From Gammaproteobacteria bacterium (lineage in GTDB: Bacteria; Pseudomonadota; Gammaproteobacteria; CBDBNL01; JAAOII01), in NCBI GenBank assembly GCA_965207705.1, contig OZ242292.1, positions 1,033,309 through 1,097,308 on the forward strand: 64,000 bases of DNA, written 5' to 3'. A model generated the notes under the pieces. It made no database searches. It worked only from the letters and a program-made list of their open reading frames with translations, and was not told the DNA's origin. Made by a program: the position numbers and the translations under genes. Below, one piece after another: positions 47,192-59,311 of the stretch (positions within the stretch are counted from its first letter, which is position 1; every line of letters starts with the position of its first letter).

Positions 47192-48886
47192 TTATCTCTC
47201 AATAATATAGATATTATCCTGCTCTGTTGTCTGCAGATATTTAGGGTAGTGGGTTATTTTTTGCATTTGTTCTCCATACTTCTCATACAACCTCCCCCAT
47301 TCATCATCAGGGATGCCTGAACGATGAAATATCACTATATCATAATCACTCAAGATAAATTCATCAACTAGTAAACAACGAAAGTGCTTAGGGATGTAGT
47401 TTTGGTGAGCTAAATTGCAACTATCAATAAAATAAAGATTAAAAGGAGTTTCTTCAGTAGCTATTTTATGCGTAAGGGCAAAGGGTAGCACAGCACTTAT
47501 GCTGTCTCTTAGCTCATAGACAAATATATTCGTAACTTGATTTTCCTTTAGTTTGATATTAGTTTTATGGGCGTAGAATTGATATTCACGAGTTTTATAC
47601 TCCTGGAAATCGGATATGGTGGTCGGAATGCTAAAGAATAAATAAAATAATATGAACACGGGAACAAATAATCTTAATGCCGTTGTTGAGCTTTTACCCT
47701 TCAGATAAAAACATGCCGCGAGTATAAGGGCAAACTCAGGAATGCAATAATAATATCGTTGCGTAAACTTAAAAAATAATATCGCCATTATGTAAAGAAT
47801 CCCTCCAGCAAAAAGCATAATGGAAAACCTATGTCGTTGCAGCTTATTAATATCTTTGATATAACAAGCCACCATGATTAAAATAAGGGGAAAGAGCGGG
47901 TATGTGATAAATAACCCATATATAAAAGATAAATACTTGAAGTTATAACTTACTCCATAAACATATTTGCTTACAATTATAAAAAAGTGGAATGTCGCAT
48001 ACATCACTACAAAAAATAATGGCGCCAGTAGGATTCCTATTTCCAAAGGATTATTCTTAACAAAGGTAAGTGGTTTACGCAGGGCATTAACAATTGTAGT
48101 ATTGCTGTCAATCATGCGGAAAATTAACGCAGTGAGAGCAAATCCGCCAAAAAACACAAACATCGGCTCTTTAAAGTAAATCGCCGTATGCGCCAACGTC
48201 AAAGCAAAAATAAGATATCGGGTTTTATTGGTCTTATAAAATTGAATAACCGTATAAAGAAAAAGAACTGTGAGGAATATGGTGTTTCTTTCAGGAATTA
48301 CTAGAGTTGAAACAGGGATTAAGAAAGAGGCGTTTAATCCTATGAATAAAATTACTAATACTCGTTGCCATAACCGCACAAACGGAATAATTTTATTTAA
48401 GAAATATGCTGTGGCTAAAAACTCTATGAAAGTAACCGCATAAAGAAAATAATAAGAACAGTTTAGCCAATGGAATGGCAATGCCAGAAAACTTAAATCT
48501 TGATGCATAAAAGGGCCGAACCTATATCCCCAAGTAATCAATGGAGCCAAAAGATGCTTATTACATAGATATACATCTATATATAAAGGTTCTTCTCCAC
48601 GTTTAGGGCTGGCAAGATAAAAGTTATTCCAAAATAGAAAAATAGCATAAAGCCCCAGCAAGAACAAGGCAAGATAATCAGCTGGCGAACGCCCTTTCCA
48701 TGCCTGGTTGCTGTTAGGATGATTTACAAATAAAGCCTTTTCTTTTTCATAAGACCATTGCTGACTATAGCGTGTCACCCACAAACAATAAATGGTAAGT
48801 AAAGTGAAAGCAAGCACTAAAGCAATCGCTAAAATTAAGAACTCGGGATGTTGAGGCAATTTAGCAAAATTATCATAAAGAGACAT
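47192..48886 (-). CDS. Polytopic membrane protein, paralogue A of a three-member family (~12 TM plus ~150-aa C-terminal soluble domain); possibly a GT-C-like glycosyltransferase
   Basis: 564 aa. About 70% identical by eye to 50683..52383 and 52383..54089. Shared blocks: MSLYDNFAKL, HPNSNQAWKGR, NNFYLA, FYKTNKTRYL, EFILSDYD, YGEQMQKIT, NIYIIE. Confidence 0.7.
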   Translation of the reverse strand: MSLYDNFAKLPQHPEFLILAIALVLAFTLLTIYCLWVTRYSQQWSYEKEKALFVNHPNSNQAWKGRSPADYLALFLLGLYAIFLFWNNFYLASPKRGEEPLYIDVYLCNKHLLAPLITWGYRFGPFMHQDLSFLALPFHWLNCSYYFLYAVTFIEFLATAYFLNKIIPFVRLWQRVLVILFIGLNASFLIPVSTLVIPERNTIFLTVLFLYTVIQFYKTNKTRYLIFALTLAHTAIYFKEPMFVFFGGFALTALIFRMIDSNTTIVNALRKPLTFVKNNPLEIGILLAPLFFVVMYATFHFFIIVSKYVYGVSYNFKYLSFIYGLFITYPLFPLILIMVACYIKDINKLQRHRFSIMLFAGGILYIMAILFFKFTQRYYYCIPEFALILAACFYLKGKSSTTALRLFVPVFILFYLFFSIPTTISDFQEYKTREYQFYAHKTNIKLKENQVTNIFVYELRDSISAVLPFALTHKIATEETPFNLYFIDSCNLAHQNYIPKHFRCLLVDEFILSDYDIVIFHRSGIPDDEWGRLYEKYGEQMQKITHYPKYLQTTEQDNIYIIER

Positions 48887-49054
48887 TACCTCATCCTCTC
48901 AGTTGGATTCATGATTCTGCTAAGTATCATCATTCTCAACAGCGGGTTTTTACATCAAAACCATATATTCTGGTTCTATATTTTTGTGGCATAAATAACA
49001 TATTGAATATTATAATGTTATTATGAATAGAAAGAAACACAAACGTAACATCTA

Positions 49055-50596
49055 ATGGATCAATCAGGAATAGACCCTTCTTTACAAGGCGCGCAAGGAA
49101 GCATACTTTGGTATGACATAGAGACATACGGCAGCAACCCTGCTTCATCACCGCTAGTTCAATTTGGCGCAGTGCGCACTGATACCCAACTAAACGTCCT
49201 TGATGAGATAAACTTGTTATGTAAACCGCCGGCGGATATGTTAATTGACCCAGAAACTGTAACCATCCATAATATAAGCCCACTTACCGCGCAAAATGAG
49301 GGACTGCCCGAAGCGGAGTTCGCGCGCCGTATATACTCTGAAATTAACCAGCCGAATACCTGTAGTGTCGGCTATAACTCTGTTTCCTTTGATAATGAGT
49401 TTATACGCTTTCTTTTTTTCCGTAATCTATTGCCAGCTTATTGGCACGAATATAAGGATGGGTGCAGCAAATGGGATTTGTTAGATGTAGTGCGGCTTAT
49501 CTCGGTAATAGAACCTGCAGCAATAAAAGCGCCCATCATTGATGATAAAGCATCTTATAAATTAGCAAATATTGCCAAAGAAAATGATATTGCTGAGCAT
49601 CAACCACACGATGCCTTTGGCGATGTAGAAATATTACTCACTTTGGCGCAACAGATTAAACAAGCAGCGCCACAACTCTATAATTTTTGCTTTAACTCTC
49701 GCGGCAAGAACATCGCCCAAGATCTTATGCGTAAAGGAGAGGTTTTGCTAAATTTTTCTTCCAGGTTTTCTGGCGCTTATCACGGCGGTGGTATTATATG
49801 TCCTATTGCGCCCCATCCGACACAAAAAAACTCTTATATATGTTTTGATATTCGCTATTCTCCACAGGATTTATTGCAACTTTCAGCTGACGAGATGCGC
49901 TCTCGTCATTTTCAGTCCAAAAACCCGGCAACTCCTGATCCCGCTGCGGCTCCAGCTACATCTCCTGCAGCGACGAATCATCCTCCTACAGGGATCAAGG
50001 TCATAAGATTAAATCACTGTCCAGCGTTAATGCCATGGGACAGCAATTGGGACGAGAGCAAAACTAATGAGATTTTCTCTATGCTACAACTTGATAGAGG
50101 CATAGCTCGTTCACACCTAAAACAACTCAAAGAAAATCGCGCCGCAATTGTCAATAAAATAGCTGCAATATATGATGAAGAATTTGATAATAGTCATAAC
50201 AATAATGAACTTAACGGGGATAAGGAGATTAGCGCCGAACAATCGCTTTATGGCGGTGGATTCATCAGCGATAAAGATTTACAAGTGGGGCAACAGGTTC
50301 ATCAGATGAATGCTGACGAGCTAAAAAATCTACATGCCACAGACGCTCCTTTTATGGATAAACGGCTTAATGAGATTTTAGTAAGATTTAAAGGACGTAA
50401 TTTATCTGATTCTCTGTCCCCTAATGAAATGACGATATGGCAAGAACATTGCGCCAAAATCCATGATGAAGGCCTGCCGCCTCTCATCGCCACAACCCAG
50501 CAACTAATTGCAGCCCATAAAGACAACCCGCAACTGGCTCAGTCCTTAGCAGAAACTCTTAGCTATTTAGAGAATCTGCGACAGATAAAACAGTAA
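49055..50596 (+). CDS. sbcB: Exodeoxyribonuclease I
   Basis: 513 aa. DnaQ-like exonuclease motifs (ILWYDIETYGSNP, YNSVSFDNEF, HDAFGDV) plus SH3-like and helical C-domains. Has a Pro/Ala-rich insert (NPATPDPAAAPATSPAATNHPPTG). Confidence 0.9.
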   Translation: MDQSGIDPSLQGAQGSILWYDIETYGSNPASSPLVQFGAVRTDTQLNVLDEINLLCKPPADMLIDPETVTIHNISPLTAQNEGLPEAEFARRIYSEINQPNTCSVGYNSVSFDNEFIRFLFFRNLLPAYWHEYKDGCSKWDLLDVVRLISVIEPAAIKAPIIDDKASYKLANIAKENDIAEHQPHDAFGDVEILLTLAQQIKQAAPQLYNFCFNSRGKNIAQDLMRKGEVLLNFSSRFSGAYHGGGIICPIAPHPTQKNSYICFDIRYSPQDLLQLSADEMRSRHFQSKNPATPDPAAAPATSPAATNHPPTGIKVIRLNHCPALMPWDSNWDESKTNEIFSMLQLDRGIARSHLKQLKENRAAIVNKIAAIYDEEFDNSHNNNELNGDKEISAEQSLYGGGFISDKDLQVGQQVHQMNADELKNLHATDAPFMDKRLNEILVRFKGRNLSDSLSPNEMTIWQEHCAKIHDEGLPPLIATTQQLIAAHKDNPQLAQSLAETLSYLENLRQIKQ

Positions 50597-50682
50597 TTAT
50601 TATTGCTAATTATCTTTTTCAATAATCAGGGATAGCAAAGAATTCAACAAGGGCGGAACTTGACTATACACTAACGAGAATA

Positions 50683-52383
50683 TTATTTCTCAATAATATA
50701 GATGTTATCCCGCTCTGATGTCTGTAGATATTTAGGGAAGTGAGTTATTTTTTGCATTTGCGCTCCGTATTGTTCATACAAATTTACCCATTCCTCCTCA
50801 GAGATGCCTGGGCGCCAAAAAATCACTATATCATAATCACTCAAGATAAATTCATCGGCAGGAAGGCAACGAAATTGCTTAGATGCTTCCCCTCGCTGCT
50901 CTAAATCACAACCATCAAAAAGATGAAGATCAAAAGGCGTTTCTTTAGTAGCGATTCTTTGCAGCAGAACAAAAGGGAATGGAATGCTGTTAAGGCTAAG
51001 CCCTGAATCGTAAGCAAATACTTTAGTAATCTGATTTTCTTTGAGTTTGATGTTTGTTTTATAAGCGTAGGATTGATATTCACGGATTTTATGTAGCTGG
51101 AAATCTAATATGGTCGCCGGAATGCTAAAGAATAAATAAAATAATATGAACACAGGAACAAATATCCTTAATGCTGCCGTCGAACTTTTATCCTTCAGAT
51201 AAAAACATACCGCCAGTATAAGGGCAAACTCAGGAATGCAATAATAATATCTTTGTCCAAACCCAAAAAACAATAACACCATTATGTAGAGAACCCCTCC
51301 AGAAAAAAGCATAATAGAAAAGCAATGTCGTTGCAGCTTATTAATATCTTTGACATAACAAGCCGCCATTATTAAAATAAGCGAAAAGAGTGGATATGTG
51401 ATAAAGAGTTTATATAAAATAAATAGAACATTTTCCCTACGAACCGGAGCAACATAAATATACGTACTTTCAACTACAAAAAGCTGAAATGTCGTATACA
51501 TAACCACAAAAAATAATGGCGCCAGTAGGATTCCTATTTCTAAAGGATTATTCTTAGCAAAGTTAAATGGTTTGCGCAGGGCATCAACAATTGAGGTGTT
51601 GCTATCAACCATACGGAAAATTAACGCGGTGAGAGCAAATCCGCCAAAAAATAAAAACATAGGCTCTTTAAAGTAAATCGCCGTATGCGCCAACGTCAAA
51701 GCAAAAACAAGATATCGGGTTTTATTGGTCTTATAAAATTGAATAACCGCATAAAGAAAAAGAACAGTGAAGAATATGGCATTTCTTTCAGCAATAACTA
51801 AAGTTGAAACAGGAATTAAGAAAGAAGCATTTAATGCTATGAATAAAATTACTAGCACTCGTTGCCATAACCGCGCTAACGGAATGATTTTATTTAGGAA
51901 ATATACTGTAGCTAAAAACTCTAAGAAAGTAACCGCATAAAGCAAATAATGAGAACAATTTAGCCAATAAAATGGCAAAGCTAGGAGGTTTAAATCTTGA
52001 TGGCCAAAAACCAAAAATCTATGCCCCCAAGTAATCAGTGGAGCCAAAAGATGCATATTACATACATATACATCTATATATAAAATTTCATCATATCTTT
52101 TAAGTTCAGCAAGATAAAAATTATTCCAAAATAGGAAAATAACATAAAGACCCAACAATAACAAGGCAAGGTAATCGGCGGACGAGCGCCCTTTCCATGC
52201 CTGGTTGCTATTAGGATGCTTTACAAATAAAGCGTTTTCTTTTTCATAAGACCATTGATTACTATAGCGCGTCACCCACAAACAATAAATGGCAAGTAAA
52301 GTGAAAGCAAGCGCTAAAGATAAAGCTAAAATTAAGAACTCAGGATTCTGAGATACTTTAGCAAAATTATCATAAATAGACAT
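50683..52383 (-). CDS. Polytopic membrane protein, paralogue B
   Basis: 566 aa. Same conserved blocks as 47192..48886. Its start overlaps the stop of paralogue C at 52383. Confidence 0.7.
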   Translation of the reverse strand: MSIYDNFAKVSQNPEFLILALSLALAFTLLAIYCLWVTRYSNQWSYEKENALFVKHPNSNQAWKGRSSADYLALLLLGLYVIFLFWNNFYLAELKRYDEILYIDVYVCNMHLLAPLITWGHRFLVFGHQDLNLLALPFYWLNCSHYLLYAVTFLEFLATVYFLNKIIPLARLWQRVLVILFIALNASFLIPVSTLVIAERNAIFFTVLFLYAVIQFYKTNKTRYLVFALTLAHTAIYFKEPMFLFFGGFALTALIFRMVDSNTSIVDALRKPFNFAKNNPLEIGILLAPLFFVVMYTTFQLFVVESTYIYVAPVRRENVLFILYKLFITYPLFSLILIMAACYVKDINKLQRHCFSIMLFSGGVLYIMVLLFFGFGQRYYYCIPEFALILAVCFYLKDKSSTAALRIFVPVFILFYLFFSIPATILDFQLHKIREYQSYAYKTNIKLKENQITKVFAYDSGLSLNSIPFPFVLLQRIATKETPFDLHLFDGCDLEQRGEASKQFRCLPADEFILSDYDIVIFWRPGISEEEWVNLYEQYGAQMQKITHFPKYLQTSERDNIYIIEK

Positions 52384-54089
52384 TATCTTGTTCTCTCAAT
52401 AATATAGATATTGTCCTGCTCTGATGCCTGCAGATATTTGGGAAAATCAGTTATTTTTTGCATTTGTTCTCCATATTGTTCATATAATTTTTTCCATTCA
52501 TCATCAGGGATGGCTGAGCGCCAAAAAATTACTAGGTCGTAATCACTTAAGATAAATTCATCCACCTGCAGACAACGGAACTGCTCCGGCACTCTTCCCG
52601 CTGACTTTAAAGCACAATCAGCAAAAAGATGAAGAACAAAAGGCGTTTCTTTTGTAGCTATTCTTTGAAGAAGGACGAATTGCATTGGCAGGGGACCAAG
52701 TTCACCTCCTTGCCCATAAGAGAATACCTTATTAACCTGATTTTCTTTTAGCTTTATGTTTGTTTTATGACTGTAGAATTTATATTCATTAATTTTATAC
52801 CGCTGAAAATCGGATATGGTTGTTGGGATACTAAAGAACAAATAAAATAATATGAACGCAGGAACAAATATTCTTAATGCCGTTGTTGAGCTTTTACCCT
52901 TCAGATAAAAACATGCCGCCAATATAAGGACAAGCTCAGGAAGACAATAATAATATCTGCTGCCAAACCTAAAATATATTAGCGCCATTATGTAGAGAAC
53001 GCCTCCGGCAAAAAGCATAATGGAAAATCTATGCCGCTGCAGCTTATTAATATCTTTAACATAACAAGCCACCATGATTAAAATAAGCGGAAAGAGCGGG
53101 TATGTGATAAATAATCCATATACAACAGATATACGGCTTGCTTCACTGAATATTAGACCATAAACCCAACTGCTTTCAACTATAAAAAGTTGGAATGTTG
53201 CATACATAACCACAAAAAATAATGGCGCCAATAGGACTCCTATCTCCAAAGGATTTTTCTTAACAAAATCAAAGGGTCGGCGCAGGGCATCAACAATTGT
53301 AGTATTGCTGTCAATCATACGGAAAATTAACGCAGTAAGAGCAAATCCGCCAAAAAATAAGAATGTTGGCTCTTTAAAGTAAATAGCTATATGCGCCAAC
53401 GCTAAAGCAAAGATAAGATATTGATTCTTATTGGTTTTATAAAATTCAATAATCGCATAAAGAAAGAGAACCGTGAAGAATGTGGTGTTTCTGTCAGGGA
53501 TAACAAAGTTCGAAAAAGGAATTAAGAACGAAGCATTTAATACTATGAATAAAATCACTAACGCTCGTTGCCATAACCACACCAACGGAATAATTTTATT
53601 CAGAAAATATACCGTGACTAAAAACTCCAAAAAAGTAGCCAAATAATAAAAATAATAGGGGTTTTTTAGCCAATAGGATAGCAAACCTAAGATATTTAAA
53701 TCTTGATGCATAAAAGGCGCAAATCTCCGCCCCCAACTAATCCATGGTGGCACCAAATGTAAGTTGCGCGAATATACATCTATAAATAGAGGATCTTCAT
53801 TTCTTTTGGGTCCCGCTAAATAAAAGTTATTCCAAAACATAAAAATAACATAGAGTCCCAACAATAATAAGGCAAGATAATCAGCTGGGTTACGTCCTTT
53901 CCATGCCTGGTTACTGTTAGGGTGATTTATGAATAAAGCATTTTCTTTTTCATAAGACCATTGCTGACTATAGCGCGTCACCCAAAAACAATAAACGGCA
54001 AATAAAGTGAAAGCAAGAGTTAAAGCAAAAGCTAAAAGTAAGTACTGAGGATGCTCAGACAATTTAGCAAAATTATCATAAAGAGACAT
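52383..54089 (-). CDS. Polytopic membrane protein, paralogue C
   Basis: 568 aa. Same family, tandem with paralogue B. Confidence 0.7.
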   Translation of the reverse strand: MSLYDNFAKLSEHPQYLLLAFALTLAFTLFAVYCFWVTRYSQQWSYEKENALFINHPNSNQAWKGRNPADYLALLLLGLYVIFMFWNNFYLAGPKRNEDPLFIDVYSRNLHLVPPWISWGRRFAPFMHQDLNILGLLSYWLKNPYYFYYLATFLEFLVTVYFLNKIIPLVWLWQRALVILFIVLNASFLIPFSNFVIPDRNTTFFTVLFLYAIIEFYKTNKNQYLIFALALAHIAIYFKEPTFLFFGGFALTALIFRMIDSNTTIVDALRRPFDFVKKNPLEIGVLLAPLFFVVMYATFQLFIVESSWVYGLIFSEASRISVVYGLFITYPLFPLILIMVACYVKDINKLQRHRFSIMLFAGGVLYIMALIYFRFGSRYYYCLPELVLILAACFYLKGKSSTTALRIFVPAFILFYLFFSIPTTISDFQRYKINEYKFYSHKTNIKLKENQVNKVFSYGQGGELGPLPMQFVLLQRIATKETPFVLHLFADCALKSAGRVPEQFRCLQVDEFILSDYDLVIFWRSAIPDDEWKKLYEQYGEQMQKITDFPKYLQASEQDNIYIIERTR

Positions 54090-54149
54090 TATCTTGCTCT
54101 CTCAGTTAGGTTCATTACTCCACCAGGCATAATTACTTAAACGGCTAAT

Positions 54150-56642
<2,493 letters not shown>

Positions 56643-56773
56643 TTAATTTCACTACTTATTTATATAAGTTTGCATATAAATTTTGTATACAAGTTTGTTA
56701 TACAAACCTTGACTTATATAACATTATTTACTATCCCTTCTTTATTCACCCCTCCTTTATTCATCCCCTTGTA

Positions 56774-57961
56774 TTATCCATTTTTTACTATCTGTTCTTC
56801 ACAGACAACCCAATGGGTAAAACCTTCTTTCTTGCTCCATTTTAGCAGATTTTCATCTGGTACGGAAGTAATAAACACCTGATTTTCGTGTTCTAGAAGA
56901 TGCTGTAGCAACAAACTTTGGTTGGCCGCATCAAGCTGGGTAATCACATCATCCAACAATAAAATCACTGATATTGCGAATTTTTCCTGCAAAATGAGCC
57001 GCGCTGCGCAGAAAAATGCTAATGATAGCATTTTTTGCTGTCCCAAGGATAACACTTTCCCTGCATCTCTTTGATTAATCCCGATGATTAAATCAGCGCG
57101 ATGACAACCACAAGAAGAGAAACCGCGCCCAATATCCCGCTCAAAGTTATTCTGTAATGCCCTTGCCAAAGAAATACCCTCTTGCCAGCCGCGATAATAG
57201 TCAATCTGGGCGCTCGCTAAATTAAATTGCTCCAAAATATCTGTGACTGGCTTCATAAACAAAGGGATAAGTTCCCGCCGCCCCATTTCTATTTTCTCTC
57301 CAAGTTCTGCCAGCTTCATATCCCAGGAAGCAAGGGCATCATAATTAGAAGGTTTAGCTAACAAAATCTTATTCCTTTGCCGCAGACATCGCTCATAGTT
57401 CTTGTATGTAGAGCTTAATTCTGGCTTGTGATGAAACATAATAGCATCTAAAAAGGAGCGGCGCTGTGTGGGACTTGCCTCAATAAGATTGATATTATGA
57501 GGGGCAGCAAACACCAAAGGGAGCCGGCACGCCAATTGCATAATTGAATTAACTTGTTTGTCCTCTAATAAAGCACTTTTCCCCCCTTTACTATCCAAAC
57601 GAATTTGGGCATTCCACACGGGTGGGGACGCGGATGTAATATTGGCTTTTGAGGGAGAGGGGTCTGCTTCAGGCGAGGCGCCGCCAGTGCCTGGCGAGGT
57701 TTGCTCATTGTTATCCCCAAATGACGTGAATTCGCTAAAAGAGGCGCGGATAACTGCATTGCTATGGTTATGATTAATTACATCTTGATGACGTGAAGCC
57801 CTAAACGAGCGCCCGCGCCCAATGTAATAAATTGCCTCTAACAGGCCTGACTTGCCTACCCCATTGCCCCCTATAATAAAGTTTATTCTATCCTGTGGCT
57901 GCCATGACAGGCGAGAGAAGTTGCGAAATTGATTAAGTTCTAAGCTGCGCAACCAAGGCAC
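56774..57961 (-). CDS. recF: DNA replication and repair protein RecF
   Basis: 395 aa. Walker A GGNGVGKSG, signature LSLGQQKML, Walker B LLLDD. Has a Pro/Ser-rich insert (EQTSPGTGGASPEADPSPSKANITSASPP). Confidence 0.9.
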   Translation of the reverse strand: MPWLRSLELNQFRNFSRLSWQPQDRINFIIGGNGVGKSGLLEAIYYIGRGRSFRASRHQDVINHNHSNAVIRASFSEFTSFGDNNEQTSPGTGGASPEADPSPSKANITSASPPVWNAQIRLDSKGGKSALLEDKQVNSIMQLACRLPLVFAAPHNINLIEASPTQRRSFLDAIMFHHKPELSSTYKNYERCLRQRNKILLAKPSNYDALASWDMKLAELGEKIEMGRRELIPLFMKPVTDILEQFNLASAQIDYYRGWQEGISLARALQNNFERDIGRGFSSCGCHRADLIIGINQRDAGKVLSLGQQKMLSLAFFCAARLILQEKFAISVILLLDDVITQLDAANQSLLLQHLLEHENQVFITSVPDENLLKWSKKEGFTHWVVCEEQIVKNG

Positions 57962-57964
57962 AAC

Positions 57965-59086
57965 TTAGATTTTCATCGGCATTACAACAAACTGGGTATC
58001 GTTGTCATCTTGTTTTTGAATAAGAGCGCTTGAATTTGCGTCTGTGAGCTTAATTGATAATGCTCCTTCTTTCAAAACACTGAGAATGTCCAGTAAATAA
58101 AAAACATTGAACTTTAGAGTTAGCTCATCGCCCGAATACTGAATATCTATATTCTCATTAACCTTTTCTTCTGTCTTGTTGGTAGAAAAAAGGCGCATGT
58201 TATTGTTGCTAAAAGAAAGTTCAACCTTATGATGCTTTTCTCCTGTATCCTGTCCCAATATAGCACAACGTTGCAAGGCATTGCGCCAGGTTGCGATGTC
58301 AATAACTGCCTCACTTTTAGTATCAGACGGTATTACACGCGTATAATCTGGAAAAGGAGCATCTATAAGCTTACAACTATAAGAAAAGAATTCACCGGAT
58401 ATTTGCAGAAAGTTGGAGTAAAAAATCAACTCGGCTTTATCTTTAATACCCCCGATAAGGCGCATCATTTCAGATATCCCCTTATGCGGAACAATACATT
58501 TAATTTTCTCCTGAGTTAGTTGTGGAGTATTATGGCGAGAAATAGCCAGGCGATGGCCATCAGTCGCAACCAAAGACAAGCCGTCGGCGGAAAAATCAAA
58601 CAAAATGCCATTCAGGTAAAAACGGACATCCTGACGAGCCATACACGACATAGTGGTGGTTAGATGACTCAGCAATTCAGATTTATCTATAGAGAAACGT
58701 ATCTTACGGTCTCCTTCATCTGGCGCCTCCATAATAGGGAACTCCTCAGGTGGCAATGAGCTTAATTCAGAGTTGCTGTTTCCACAAGAGATTTGAAAAT
58801 GATTATTCTCGTAGTTTATACTAATCATACTATCAGCTGGGAATAATCTACAGATGTTAAGGAACTTGCGTGCCGGGATAGTGCCTTCCATATCAGGACT
58901 TTCTCCTTCCAGTGGCAGATAACCAGTAATTTCTACCTCTGTATCAGTACCTATAAAGGTTATGCGGTTATTTTTAACGCGAAAATAGAGATAAGACAGA
59001 ATTGGCATCACCTGCTTCTTTTCCGCAACACTGGCAACTATTGCCAATGCTTCTAATAGTTTCCCATTGTTAATTAATACTTTCAT
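57965..59086 (-). CDS. dnaN: DNA polymerase III beta sliding clamp
   Basis: 373 aa. Three-domain beta-clamp pattern. Position between dnaA and recF. Confidence 0.95.
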   Translation of the reverse strand: MKVLINNGKLLEALAIVASVAEKKQVMPILSYLYFRVKNNRITFIGTDTEVEITGYLPLEGESPDMEGTIPARKFLNICRLFPADSMISINYENNHFQISCGNSNSELSSLPPEEFPIMEAPDEGDRKIRFSIDKSELLSHLTTTMSCMARQDVRFYLNGILFDFSADGLSLVATDGHRLAISRHNTPQLTQEKIKCIVPHKGISEMMRLIGGIKDKAELIFYSNFLQISGEFFSYSCKLIDAPFPDYTRVIPSDTKSEAVIDIATWRNALQRCAILGQDTGEKHHKVELSFSNNNMRLFSTNKTEEKVNENIDIQYSGDELTLKFNVFYLLDILSVLKEGALSIKLTDANSSALIQKQDDNDTQFVVMPMKI

Positions 59087-59311
59087 ATTATCCTCATAAT
59101 TAATTCTAATAATTGCTTATAGCTTTATCTGCATAGTATCCTCTATAGCATCTAATATCCTATAGAATACACCATATTTTCCTTCCTCATCCATTCTTCT
59201 CTGCATCCTTTCCCTTTCGGCGCATAAGCAGTTTAATTCTTACAAACGCTTTGCGTAAATTATACGCCGCTTTAATCTATTTGAGTATATTTATCCTTTT
59301 TTTTAGAGTTT

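Noticed and set aside
48936-49283. 115-aa minus-strand ORF overlapping the sbcB start
   Set aside because: It overlaps the well-supported sbcB N-terminus and upstream region in antisense. No domain.
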